Shown: positions 45,716 to 55,895, counted from the first letter of the stretch. The stretch is 64,000 bases of DNA from an uncultured delta proteobacterium (GCA_963696385.1 CAVOKF010000008.1:822523-886522); one strand, 5' to 3'. Numbers and translations: made by a program. Notes: generated by a model from the sequence alone, not told the origin.

Positions 45716-46819
45716 TTACGCGAGCCGCGCTCCGACCGCGCCGCCGGCAGCCTTGGAGCGCGGCGTCTCGAACGGGCGCGGATCGCGGGCAACGAGTGCC
45801 TCCGCTTCGACGAGCGGCTCGCGCACGACCCACTCGTGGATCGAGAAGTCGCTCTTCAGGTACCCGTGGTCCCGCAAGAAGTTCTTCTGGAGCTCGAGGC
45901 CGTCGACGGTTTGGCGCGACAGACGCGGCACGAACCCGTGGTGGACCTTCGATCCGTGCGAAGCCACGACGTCCTCGACGCTGTCGGCGCCGCCCTCTTC
46001 GGCGAGGAGGCGCAGGACCTCGTCGGGGTGTCGCTGGGCCCAGGCTGCGACGCGCAGCAGGACCGCGAGGTACCTCACGACGAGGTCGGGGTGCTCGTCG
46101 AGAAACGCGCGGTCCACCGTGATCGGCCGGGGCGTGCCGTTGCCGACGCGCGTCAAGGGATCGGGCTGATCGTTGAGGTTGATCACCGGGTGCAGGCGCG
46201 CGTCGCGCGCGACGCGCGCCCCGCGGGCAAAGCGCACGAAGACGGCGTCGACTTGGCCAGCGAGCAGGGCGTCGATCTCGAATGGCGTAGCGGGCTCGCG
46301 ATCGCCACGGGCGCGCGCGGGCGCGGGGACGTCCACGAAGGTGGCGTCGCGCGCGTCGCGCCCGGCCAGGCGGAGCGCCGTCACGAACGCGTGCTGCGCG
46401 GCCCCGCGCCGGAAGTCGATGAGGTTGTCGTGGACCGGCAGCGCCAAGCGCTTGCCCGCGAGGTCGCCAATGTCCCCGATCGGGCCTCGCTTGCGGCCGA
46501 GTATGCCTTGGTACTCGTCCAGCCAAGTGATGCCGACGACCGCCGTGTCGCTGCCGCCCGCGCGCGCCCAGATCGGCGGGATGTTGCCGCCCTCGCGGAA
46601 GAGTCCGGGCAGGCGGTGATGGTAGTGTGCGTCGAGCACGGCCTTCTCGTCGGAGTCGCGGAGCGAACGGAGCTCGATGCCGTCGCGCGCGAATTCCTCG
46701 TGCAGCCACTTCTTGCGGATGGCGATGGCGGAGGCGGTGGCCGCTCCGCACCGTGAATACCAGATGGCGTCGGGTGCCGACGCGGAGCTTTGGGACTGCG
46801 ACGACTTCGAGTTGGCCAC
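45716..46819 (-). CDS. DszB-like (desulfinase/SsuA-fold) protein 1
   Basis: IWYSRC, HYHH..PGLFREGGN, DLAGKRLALP, NGTPRPITVD; no signal peptide. Confidence 0.75.
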   Translation of the reverse strand: MANSKSSQSQSSASAPDAIWYSRCGAATASAIAIRKKWLHEEFARDGIELRSLRDSDEKAVLDAHYHHRLPGLFREGGNIPPIWARAGGSDTAVVGITWLDEYQGILGRKRGPIGDIGDLAGKRLALPVHDNLIDFRRGAAQHAFVTALRLAGRDARDATFVDVPAPARARGDREPATPFEIDALLAGQVDAVFVRFARGARVARDARLHPVINLNDQPDPLTRVGNGTPRPITVDRAFLDEHPDLVVRYLAVLLRVAAWAQRHPDEVLRLLAEEGGADSVEDVVASHGSKVHHGFVPRLSRQTVDGLELQKNFLRDHGYLKSDFSIHEWVVREPLVEAEALVARDPRPFETPRSKAAGGAVGARLA

Positions 46820-47001
46820 GGGCACCTCCCTAGAGGATCGGTGAGCTCGCCGCCGCACCTTCGCGGCAGGTCCTATAATTCCATTATCACGGATTAATGT
46901 CTATAAAAAAGGACGCTGGTGAAAGGTCGGCCGAGCCAGCCGGCGGTTTCCGCGCTGCCGCCCGACGCAAACACGATCCCGGCGAGCCGCGCCCTCGCGC
47001 G

Positions 47002-48139
47002 TCAGGCAGCGGATACCGACCGCAAGCGCTGCCCTGTGCCTGCCTCCTCCTCGGGGGCGTCGGCGCTGGCGTCGCGCGTCCCGCTGCACAACACCCCGAA
47101 CCGCAACAGGCGCGCCCGCACCACATTCCGGCTGATGCCGAGCAGCCGGGCGGTCTGGAGCTGGTTTCCGTTCGAATGCGTCGTTTCTTCGAGCTCGTTC
47201 CAGAGATCGGAGGCTCGTTCGCGGTAGAGCTCGCAGAGCGCCGCGCGCAGCGCCACGCGGGCGTCGGCGCGCCCTCCGATTCGGGGCGGCAGGCCAGGCA
47301 GATGCGCAAGGCTTCGTCGCAAGCGGCGTGACGGGGCGCATCGGGCGCCGCGGCGGCAGCGTGACGTGGGGCAGGTCCTCGGGCTCGATCACGTCTCCTC
47401 GACAAACCAGGAGCGCGTGGTGCATGGCGTTTTCGAGCTCCCGGACGTTGCCCAACCAGGTGTGGCTCAGCAGGCAGCACTCGGCCGCGGGGCTGAGCTG
47501 CGGGATCTCGGCTCGCGCCGGCTCTCCGCTCTTGATCGCGTAGACATCGATGAAATAGCGGGCCAGCGGAAGGATGTCGCCGGGCCGATCCCGCAGGGGG
47601 TCCACCCGGATCCGGGCGACCGCCAATCGGTAGAAGAGATCCTCGCGAAAGTGGCCGGCGGCCACGGCTTCCTCGAGCTGCACGTTGGTGGAGGCAACCA
47701 GTCGGACGTCGACCGGTACCGGATGGCGCGAGCCGAGGCGCACCACCTCGCGCTCTTGCAGGACCCGCAGCAGCTTGACCTGCGCCCCCAACGGAAGATC
47801 GCCGATCTCGTCGAGAAACAACGTGCCGCCGTTCGCGGCCTCGAACCACCCTGCCGTGCCGGTGACCGCGCCCGTAAAAGCGCCTTTTTCGTGGCCGAAC
47901 AGATCGCTCTCGATCAAGGACTGCGAGAAGGCCCCGCAGTTGACCGCCACAAATGGTTGCCTGGCACGGTCGGAGAGCTCGTGGATGTGCCGCGCCACGA
48001 TCTCCTTGCCGGTTCCGGTTTCCCCCGTGATGAGCACCGTGGCGTTGCTGGGGGCCACCTGGCGGATTCGAGACCGCAGCGCGTGGGACTTCGCATCCTC
48101 GAATACCGTGGCGTTGGCCTGTAGCAACACGCGCGCCAC
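47002..48139 (-). CDS. Sigma-54 enhancer-binding protein without sensor domain (SfnR-like), frameshifted before the Fis-type HTH
   Basis: [38 protein letters not shown]. The [23 protein letters not shown] lies in a different frame ending at 47002. Confidence 0.85.
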
Positions 48140-48328
48140 TATCCTCCACGACCGTCGTGTATGCAAGACAACCACGTTCTATGAGAGACATAAGGGCTAC
48201 GCGGCAGGGCGAGACGCTGCTGCTGGAGAGGCAGTTCCAGCTGTCGATGCTTCTCTCTCAGCAGCCGCAGCCGGGGCGCGCCGAGAATCGCCCCGCGATC
48301 TTGGAACGGCGACGGCGCGCCGTTCACT

Positions 48329-48344
48329 TGGTGCGCGCTTTGCA
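48329..48344 (+). promoter_or_regulatory. Sigma-54 (-24/-12) promoter of the TonB receptor operon
   Basis: TGGTGCGCGCTTTGCA, GG-N10-GC, just upstream of GGAGG RBS/ATG 48368 and divergent from the activator gene. Confidence 0.7.
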
Positions 48345-48367
48345 CACGGGGCGCGGTCGGAGGACTG

Positions 48368-51148
48368 ATGGATGCCGACCGCCGTTCGAACGCACGACTC
48401 TCAGCGACTTCGATGAAATCCTTTGCGATGAACCGAGACCGGCTTGTGGAGAGAAGAAACTCGGTCAGGTGGCGTAAAGCGGGGTACGTGCTCGCCAGCA
48501 GTGGTTGGGTGGGCTTGGTCGCTTCTCCAGCCTTCGGCCAGACACCGGCCCCGTCGCCTTCGCTTTCGGCTTCCGCCACGGCTCCTCCCGAGGGTACGAG
48601 CGGCGGCGCGCCACCGGCACCGCCCGCTGCGTCATCGTCAGCCCAGGTGCCCGCGCCATCGTCAGCCCCCGCGCCAGCGCCAGCCCCGGCGCCATCGCCA
48701 GCCAACGCGCCATCGCCAGCCCCGGCGCCGGCGCCAGCGCCGTCGTCAGGCCCCGCGCCATCGCCAACCCCCGCGCCATCGCCGGCCCCGGCGCCGTCCT
48801 CCGCCGCGTTGCCGCAGCCTGCCGGGTCAGCCGCGCAGGCGTCTCAAGCGCCGCCGTCGACTTCCGTTCCGGCAAGCGCTGCAAGCTCGGCGCCCGGCGC
48901 CGGCGCAGGTCAGGGAGCCGCGGCGGGGGCGACCGGCGGGCCCGCAGCGGGTGGCGCCACCGAAGCCGCGGGCGCGCCGGCGAACGCCGTGGAGCTCAAG
49001 GCGGTTGTGGTCACTGCCGAGCGCCGCGAGGAGACCGCGCAGTCGGTACCGGACGCGGTGAGCGTTCTGCAAGGCGACTACATGACCGATAACCAGATCG
49101 GACGATCGGCCAACGAGGTGCTCAACTATGTCCCGAACGCTTCGGCTGTGGCGCAAGGCCACGGACGGCCACGGTGGTGGATTCGCGGTGTCGGGACCGG
49201 GCAGCAGCAGATCGACTTCTCGAACCCGGTCGGCTTTTACCTCGACGAGGTCTACATCGGCAACGCCAGCGCCACCGGCTTTCCACTGTTCGATCTCGAC
49301 CGCGTCGAGGTGCTGCGCGGCCCGCAAGGCACGCTGTGGGGCAAGAACACCACGGGCGGCGCCATCAACGTCGTCTCGCGCAAACCGGAGTTCACCGGCT
49401 TGGACGGGTACGCCCGCTTCGATTACGGGACCTTCAACGATCGCATCTTCGAAGGAGCAGCGGGTGGCACGGTCTGGCAGGATCGCCTCGCAGTGCGTGT
49501 CGCCTTTCACTACGAAACGCGCGGCGCACGGTTCCAGGACCTCTACACCGGCCAGCCCGAGGGTCAGTTTCAGGACGGCGCCCTCCGGCTGCAGCTCCTC
49601 TACAAGATCACGCCCGACCTCGAGCTACTCGGCAACGTCCACTTCCGTCATTACTCCACCCAGGGAGCCACCAGCACGACCTCCAGCAACGCCCCCAATC
49701 GCGCCTACCTCATGGGTTACGTGCCGAGCACGGACGTCAACGTCGTCGACACCAACGCGCCCAACACCGACAACGAGACACAAAACGGCGCATTTCTCAA
49801 CCTCCAGTGGCGAAACCGCGGCTACACGGTAACTGCCATCTCCGGATACGAGGACTGGCGCGACCAGAGCCAGAGCGACTCGGACGACACGCCGATCGAG
49901 ATCAGCCGCGGTTGGACTCAGGGCCTATCGTGGGAGCTCACCGAGGAGCTGCGCATCGCCTCCCCTCAAGAGCAAAGGATCAGCTGGATCGCGGGCCTCT
50001 TCTACTACCACGAGAACATCCTCAGCGACTCGGCAACGGGTAAGCTGCCCGACCAGTCGCTGGAGGGGCCGGGGCCGGCCAACTACGCGCGCACCGACTT
50101 CGAGCAGTGGAACAACAGCGGCGCGGCGTTCGGAAGCGCGAAGGTCAAGATCATCGATCCCCTGAACGTGTCCGGTGGCCTGCGGTTTACGACCGAGACC
50201 CGCCAACTCAATTTCCTGCGGGAGGCCTCGCCGACCGGCGTAGCCACCAACTACACCGACCTCGGGCAGTGGTGGCTGCCGACGTCGGTGACCACACCGC
50301 TGACCAACTGGTTCCAGGCGAACCCCTCCAACACGTGGAACAACGTGAGCGGGGACATCACGCCGCAGGTCCAGATCACCAAGCAAGACCAGGTTTATTT
50401 TCGCTACGCGCACGGCGTAAAATCCGGTGGGTACAACACCTCGGCCACGAGCTTGTCGGCGCTCAACGTCGTTCAGCCGGAACAGCTGGACGACTTCGAG
50501 CTCGGCGCCAAGACCGGTTGGTTCGAAAACCGTCTGACCGCGAATGCGAGCGCGTTCCACTACAACTACCACGACATCCAGGTCAACGTCGTGGGGCCGC
50601 TGCCGCCCACGAACACGGCGGTCTCCTATCTGCAGAACGCGGCCGCCGGTCGCGTCGACGGCGCCGAATTCGAGGTCAACGCCCTGCCGCTCTCCGACTT
50701 GCACGTGGCTGAGAATCTGGGCCTGCTCAACACCCGGTACACCAACTTTCAAGTGGTCAACGGCGGCCCCAACTACTCCGGCAATCAGTTCGTGCGTTCG
50801 CCGCATGTAAGCTCCGTCTTTCTCGCCGACTACCGGGTTTCGCTCGGTTCGCAAGCGGCGCCCAGGCTCTTCATCGCCGGCGATTGGCACTACCAATCGC
50901 GCCAGTTCGACTACGCGACCAACCAGACCGATCCGCTGCTGCAGACGCCGCCGTATTCACTCATCAATGCCCGCATCGGGCTGACCAGCGCGGACGAGAG
51001 GCTGTCGCTGACGTTCTACTCGGACAACCTGACCGATGTCCGCGTTCGTCTGCACAGCCTTCCCGGAGCGACCGGCGCCACAGGCGACGTCGCGATCTGG
51101 GCCGATCCGCGGACCTTCGGGGTCTCGGCGGTGGCTCGCTGGTGGTGA
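48368..51148 (+). CDS. TonB-dependent receptor with long Pro/Ala/Ser N-terminal extension
   Basis: VVVTAERREE TonB-box region, RVEVLRGPQGTLWG.NTTGGAINVVS plug motif, PRTFG...W terminus. Confidence 0.93.
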   Translation: MDADRRSNARLSATSMKSFAMNRDRLVERRNSVRWRKAGYVLASSGWVGLVASPAFGQTPAPSPSLSASATAPPEGTSGGAPPAPPAASSSAQVPAPSSAPAPAPAPAPSPANAPSPAPAPAPAPSSGPAPSPTPAPSPAPAPSSAALPQPAGSAAQASQAPPSTSVPASAASSAPGAGAGQGAAAGATGGPAAGGATEAAGAPANAVELKAVVVTAERREETAQSVPDAVSVLQGDYMTDNQIGRSANEVLNYVPNASAVAQGHGRPRWWIRGVGTGQQQIDFSNPVGFYLDEVYIGNASATGFPLFDLDRVEVLRGPQGTLWGKNTTGGAINVVSRKPEFTGLDGYARFDYGTFNDRIFEGAAGGTVWQDRLAVRVAFHYETRGARFQDLYTGQPEGQFQDGALRLQLLYKITPDLELLGNVHFRHYSTQGATSTTSSNAPNRAYLMGYVPSTDVNVVDTNAPNTDNETQNGAFLNLQWRNRGYTVTAISGYEDWRDQSQSDSDDTPIEISRGWTQGLSWELTEELRIASPQEQRISWIAGLFYYHENILSDSATGKLPDQSLEGPGPANYARTDFEQWNNSGAAFGSAKVKIIDPLNVSGGLRFTTETRQLNFLREASPTGVATNYTDLGQWWLPTSVTTPLTNWFQANPSNTWNNVSGDITPQVQITKQDQVYFRYAHGVKSGGYNTSATSLSALNVVQPEQLDDFELGAKTGWFENRLTANASAFHYNYHDIQVNVVGPLPPTNTAVSYLQNAAAGRVDGAEFEVNALPLSDLHVAENLGLLNTRYTNFQVVNGGPNYSGNQFVRSPHVSSVFLADYRVSLGSQAAPRLFIAGDWHYQSRQFDYATNQTDPLLQTPPYSLINARIGLTSADERLSLTFYSDNLTDVRVRLHSLPGATGATGDVAIWADPRTFGVSAVARWW

Positions 51149-51219
51149 GCGTGGCCAGGAGCTCCTCGGTCACGCCGCGCTGCATTCAACGGTACAACTC
51201 AAAGAAAGCGCTCATTCCG

Positions 51220-51774
51220 ATGAAGACCCAAGTGGCTTATGTCACCGCGTTCCTGCTTCTCGTTGCGGGCCCCGCCGCGGCGGACGACGACGCCGGGACC
51301 AGCGTGGGGGATGACGAGGTCGACGCTGCGGCCGACGTCGTTTCGGTCGACGAGGGCAGCGCCGCCTCCGACGCGAGCGTCACGGACGCCGAGCCGGATG
51401 CCGCCTCGACCGGCGAGGGCAGCGTCGCGTCCGACGCTGGCGTCACAAACGCCGGGCCGGATGCCGCCTCGACCAACGATGGCGAGACGGTCTCCGACGC
51501 GAGCGTCACGGACGCCGAGCCGGATGCCTCGACCAACGATGGCGAGACGGCCTACGACGCGGCAGGCGACGGATCACTCGATGGCGGCACCGGCGAGGCA
51601 AGCGCGCGCGCCACCGACGCTGCGCCCCCGCCCCCCATCCCGTCGTACTACAACGACGCCCCAAGCTGCTCGTTTGGCGTCGCGCCGGGTCCCGCCGTCG
51701 GAGCGCTGGTGGATTCGGCGCTCGTCGCGCTCCTGCTCGTCCGCCGACGACGCAAGCGCGTAGGTGGTCTTTGA
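51220..51774 (+). CDS. Small acidic surface protein with MYXO-CTERM-like tail
   Basis: Signal peptide, Asp/Ala repeats, SCSFG, hydrophobic helix, RRRRKR. Confidence 0.7.
   Translation: MKTQVAYVTAFLLLVAGPAAADDDAGTSVGDDEVDAAADVVSVDEGSAASDASVTDAEPDAASTGEGSVASDAGVTNAGPDAASTNDGETVSDASVTDAEPDASTNDGETAYDAAGDGSLDGGTGEASARATDAAPPPPIPSYYNDAPSCSFGVAPGPAVGALVDSALVALLLVRRRRKRVGGL
51367..51561 (+). repeat. 63-bp in-frame tandem repeat (~3 copies)
   Basis: TCCGACGC units start at 51367, 51430 and 51493, encoding SDASVTDAEPDAAST-type repeats. Confidence 0.85.
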
Positions 51775-51827
51775 GACCTTCGCCAGACTCCGCCGCGAAT
51801 AAGCACCATCAAAACCAGCGAGACCCC

Positions 51828-52895
51828 ATGCTCAAGAACAAACTCGACGCGCTCTGGTACACCCGCTGCGGGGTCCCCACGGCGATTGGCATCGCCGCTC
51901 ACCTGGGTTGGCTGGAGAAGGCCTTCGCCCAGGATGGCATCGCCATCCGGTCGATTCGTGACTCCGACGATCCGAGGGTTCGTGAGTCGCACTTCGACCA
52001 CCATCTGAGGCATTCCGTCCGTCAAGGGGGGAGCAGTCCGGCAATCTGGGCGCGCGCCCAAGGGCGAGACACCCGCGTGATCGGACTTATCTGGACCGAC
52101 GAAGCGCAGCAGATCCTGACGTTACCCTCGACCAAGATCCGCTCGGTCAAGGACCTGAAGGGGCGTCGCCTCGCTCTTCCCAAACGCAACGATGATCGGT
52201 TCCCGCGTCTGGACGTCCGTGGTGCATCCGCCCTCCGAGGCTTCCTTGCGGCCCTCTCTACAGAGGGCTTGACGGAAAGAGATGTGGAGTTCGTCCAGTT
52301 GACACGGAGCGATCCGCAGTCGTTCCGCGCCGAGGATCGCGGGGCTTCCTTCGGGTACAGTTTCGGGGATGAGGCGCTGGCCCTGCTCAATGGGCAAGTG
52401 GACGCGATCTTCGTGAAAGATGCCCGCGGCAAAGCCGTCGAAGCCTTTCTGAATGCCGTCGAGGTCATTGACGTCGGCAGCCATCCGGACCCCGCCGTTC
52501 GGGTAAACTACGGCGTTCCGCGCCCTCTCTCGGTCGACGGCGCGCTTTTGGAGAGCTATCCGGAAGTCGCCGAGCGCCTGCTTTCGGTCGTCATCGAGGC
52601 GGGGGCTTGGGCCAGCCGGAATCCCAGGGAAACGCGATCCATCGTTGCGGAGGAGGTGCGCACGCCCGAGCATTTCGTCGATTTGGCCTATCCCGAGCTG
52701 CACCGAAAGTTGCATACTGATTTGCGGGACGATTGGATTATTCACTTCGAGGCGTACAAGGACTTTCTCTTCAAATGGGGCTTTCTGGCGCAAGATTTCG
52801 ATGTTCGAGCGTGGATCGACCCGGGTCCGCTCTCCGCCTGGAAAGCGCGGCAGGGGACCGGCTCGAAATACCGTGCGGTTGCCGAAGCGGATTAG
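51828..52895 (+). CDS. DszB-like protein 2
   Basis: LWYTRCGVPT, SHFDHH...RQGG, DLKGRRLALP, GVPRPLSVD; no signal peptide. Confidence 0.75.
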   Translation: MLKNKLDALWYTRCGVPTAIGIAAHLGWLEKAFAQDGIAIRSIRDSDDPRVRESHFDHHLRHSVRQGGSSPAIWARAQGRDTRVIGLIWTDEAQQILTLPSTKIRSVKDLKGRRLALPKRNDDRFPRLDVRGASALRGFLAALSTEGLTERDVEFVQLTRSDPQSFRAEDRGASFGYSFGDEALALLNGQVDAIFVKDARGKAVEAFLNAVEVIDVGSHPDPAVRVNYGVPRPLSVDGALLESYPEVAERLLSVVIEAGAWASRNPRETRSIVAEEVRTPEHFVDLAYPELHRKLHTDLRDDWIIHFEAYKDFLFKWGFLAQDFDVRAWIDPGPLSAWKARQGTGSKYRAVAEAD

Positions 52896-53107
52896 CCACG
52901 ATTCCGTGGCGGATATTCTCTCACCTGCCTGATCTCGGCGCCGCGGTCCCCTTCTACGGCTCGTCGCCAGCCCCCAAGGTCGCGGTCGGGTCAAAGTCCC
53001 TCAGGGTCAAAGCCGCCCGCTGCTTTTTCACCTCGCGCAACACGACGAGCGAATCCATCGACCCACGGGGCCGCCCTCACGACCCAGCACCGACGGGGGC
53101 GAGGCGA

Positions 53108-54490
53108 TCAGCCGTTCACAGACACCTCGGAGGGGGTGCCCGTGACTCGCCTCCTCGTCGAGCTGAATTGGTTGTCCGGCCGAACTAACCCCAGGTTCTC
53201 GCGAAAGGTGCGCCCCTCATACCGGGTACGCAGAAGGCCTCTTCGTTGCAGCTCCGGCACGACCTTCTCGGCAAATGTGATGAAACCACCGGGCGCAAGC
53301 GGGGGCAGAGGGGGGACGACGTTGAAGCCGTCCGCACCTCCCTCGACGAACCACTCTTCCATCGTGTCGGCAATCGTCTTGGGCGACCCGTGGACCTGCA
53401 GGTGGCCGCGCGACGTCGCAAATCGATAGACGAGCTGCCGGATGGTCAAGTTCTCGCGTCGTGCCAGCGTAACGAGCTGGCGAAAGCGCCCCTTGCCATT
53501 GTCCGTCTCCGGCAAATCAGGGAGCGGACCGTCGAGATCGTAGCCGGTGAGGTCAGCGCCGCCCAGCATGACCCCTTTGCTGAAATCGATGAGTTCCTGC
53601 AGCTTGGCGAAGCGGTCTCTCGCCTCTTGGTCCGTGTCGCCGACCACGACCGAGAGCCCCGGCGCGATCTTGAGCTGATCGGGATCCCTTCCGTACTTGG
53701 CCATGCGGCCCTTGACGTCGTCGTAGTACGCCTTTGCGTCTTCCAAGGTTTGCGCCGAGCAGTACGTCATCTCGGCGAGCCTCGCTGCGAAGTCACGCCC
53801 CGTGTCCGAATTGCCAGCCTGAACGAAGACCGGATAGCCTTGAATCGGCCGCGCCATGTCGAGCAGCCCATCGGACGAGAAATAGGTGCCGCGGTGTTGG
53901 ATGGGGTGCGCGTCTCGCGGGTTAGAAAATTGCGAGTTGGCCCGGTCCGGGTGATCGAACGCGTGGTCCTCGTACGAGTCCCAAAGCGCCTTCGTCAATT
54001 CGACGAACTCCGACGCCCGTTCGTACCGCTCCGCATGGGTGGGGGCGGAATGCACGCCGAAGTTGGCGGCGGCAGCGTTCTGGAACGACGAGACGATGTT
54101 CCACCCCGCGCGCCCGCCGCTGATGTGGTCGAGCGACGCGAACTGACGGGCGACGTTGTAGGGATGGCTGAAATTGGTATTGACCGTAGCGACGAGTCCG
54201 ATGTGATCGGTATGGGACGCGATGACGGACAGGAGTGTAAGCGGCTCGAATTGGTAGGCGCCCCCACCACCCCGAGCGCGTGCACTCTCGCCGGAGCGGC
54301 CAATGAAGTCGGCCAGAAAGAACGTGTCGAACTTGGCTCGCTCGGCCAGTCGGGCGAGTCGAACCCAAAACCGAACGTCCGGCCGGCCATTGCTTCCCTC
54401 GTTACCGCGATGTCGCCAGGCCTCCGGATGATGGCCGAAGCGCATAAAAAATACGTTGAGGGCGAGCTGTCGTTTCTTCTGGGTGACCAT
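53108..54490 (-). CDS. LLM-class flavin-dependent monooxygenase, NtaA/SnaA/DszA family
   Basis: AERAKFD..FLAD, FEPLTLL, PYNVARQFASLDHISGGRAGWNIVS, QAGNS..GR.FAA, VVPELQRRG...Y.G.TFRENLG; AGGA RBS before ATG 54490. Confidence 0.93.
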   Translation of the reverse strand: MVTQKKRQLALNVFFMRFGHHPEAWRHRGNEGSNGRPDVRFWVRLARLAERAKFDTFFLADFIGRSGESARARGGGGAYQFEPLTLLSVIASHTDHIGLVATVNTNFSHPYNVARQFASLDHISGGRAGWNIVSSFQNAAAANFGVHSAPTHAERYERASEFVELTKALWDSYEDHAFDHPDRANSQFSNPRDAHPIQHRGTYFSSDGLLDMARPIQGYPVFVQAGNSDTGRDFAARLAEMTYCSAQTLEDAKAYYDDVKGRMAKYGRDPDQLKIAPGLSVVVGDTDQEARDRFAKLQELIDFSKGVMLGGADLTGYDLDGPLPDLPETDNGKGRFRQLVTLARRENLTIRQLVYRFATSRGHLQVHGSPKTIADTMEEWFVEGGADGFNVVPPLPPLAPGGFITFAEKVVPELQRRGLLRTRYEGRTFRENLGLVRPDNQFSSTRRRVTGTPSEVSVNG

Positions 54491-54497
54491 GGCGTTC

Positions 54498-54636
54498 CTA
54501 CGACGGGTACAGCGGGCACGACGGGTACAGCGGATGCAGCGGCGGATGCAGCGGGCACGCTGGGTACAGCGGGTGCAGCGGGCACGACGGCCACAGCGGG
54601 TACGACGGCCACAGCGGTAGCGGGTACGACGGGTAT
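54498..54636. repeat. Degenerate 9-bp tandem repeat (~15 units) directly upstream of the monooxygenase
   Basis: Plus-strand units such as ACGACGGGT, ACAGCGGGC, ACAGCGGAT and ACGACGGCC. Confidence 0.85.
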
Positions 54637-54854
54637 CGCGCAGGCATGTCCTGCCAGGTGCGCCCGTCCGCATGACCCAAAGGACGCCGCGGGCCCCAAC
54701 GCGCGCGGCTTCCAGGGTAGTCTCCCCTGGCCGTCATCGCGCGCGACTGTGCTGTCGTTGTCCGTCCAACAAGAACGGCGCGCCTCTCGTGTCCGAGAAG
54801 CTCGCCGTTCCAGGGCTAACGCCGAATGCCGAACGCTCCGTCAATCGGGATAGC

Positions 54855-55544
54855 TCATTCGGCAGCAGGGGCGAAGGCGCGCGGATAAGCCTTGCCTTTC
54901 TCCACGAGCCCGGTGCGCGACCACTGTACTTCCAGGGCGCCCTCCGTGTACTCCTTCGCGCCTCCGATCTGCTCGGCAATCGCCTGAAGGCGTGCGCCCT
55001 CCTCGATCAGCAGGATGAGCTCCGCAGTCTTCAGAATTCCGCGGCCCCAGATGTTGGCGCCTCCGTTCGACTCGAGCAATCCGGGCGGCGGAGCGAGATC
55101 CGGGAATTTATCCAGGCGCTCCCGGATGACGTCGAGTTGGCTACGACGCCGCTCGAGATGGTTCGGAATCTCGCGAGCCAGAAGCTGGCGCTGCGGTGCG
55201 ACATACAAGATGGGAAAAGGCTTTTGCGCGAGCGACCACGCAGCAAGGAAGGGCGTGTGCGCGTGCACCACCGTATCGGCGTCGAGGCGCGTCTCCGTCA
55301 AGATATGGTCGGGCTGCGACGAGAAGTCCGTCACGGTCGCCTTGGGCTCCCGGTCTCTCGACCACGGCGGAGGAAAGCTCACCGCGAGAAGCTTATCGTG
55401 GTCGGGGACCTTGTGAGTGATGTTGAAGCCGATGTGGCTCGCCGTGAGCGAGCCCGTCTCGCGCAAGAAGCCGTACGCAAATATGGCGTCGCGCTTGGCT
55501 TGGTCAATGTAGGCCGTCAATTCGTCGGGTTGCGGTTTTGCCAT
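54855..55544 (-). CDS. Class II aldolase/adducin-fold protein 1 (atypical)
   Basis: VVHAHTP..AAW, LLESNGG...WG, LIEEGA; paralogue of 61908-62630. Confidence 0.75.
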   Translation of the reverse strand: MAKPQPDELTAYIDQAKRDAIFAYGFLRETGSLTASHIGFNITHKVPDHDKLLAVSFPPPWSRDREPKATVTDFSSQPDHILTETRLDADTVVHAHTPFLAAWSLAQKPFPILYVAPQRQLLAREIPNHLERRRSQLDVIRERLDKFPDLAPPPGLLESNGGANIWGRGILKTAELILLIEEGARLQAIAEQIGGAKEYTEGALEVQWSRTGLVEKGKAYPRAFAPAAE

Positions 55545-55600
55545 CGGGCTCTCCTAAAGTGCGCTGGACGACTGTCTAGTATCCGGGACCCTTCGACGCT

Positions 55601-55630
55601 ACGATAGATGCGAGGAGCTCGGGTAGTCAA
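55601..55630 (-). promoter_or_regulatory. Putative sigma-70 promoter of the aldolase-monooxygenase unit
   Basis: TTGACT, 18 nt, TATCGT on the minus strand, about 55 nt upstream of ATG 55544. Confidence 0.45.
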
Positions 55631-55895
55631 GGGGTTAGAACGAGACCGTCAGTCGCAATGTCTTCGCTGAAAGACGACTTGTGAATGGCGATGCTCCAAT
55701 GAGACAGCCGCTTCCAGCGCCCACGGACGCCCCGAAGACGTTTCCAATGGGACGGCGCTTTCAGCGCGACAACGCGCCAACGCGCCAACGGACGCGCCCC
55801 TCAAGGCGTTGGACTTGGCTAGAGCCGCTCGCTCGAATCGAACGACGCAAATCGGCTCGCCACTACAGCGACGGCGGAAGCCCCTAACGGGTTAT

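Noticed and set aside
46870..46910. AT-rich patch upstream of DszB-like 1 (possible promoter or regulator site)
   Set aside because: Probably regulatory, but I could not assign -35/-10 boxes or an operator with confidence.
52925..52975. LPDLGAAVPFYGSSP, resembling a dienelactone hydrolase segment
   Set aside because: Only ~15 codons with no flanking homology; too short to call.
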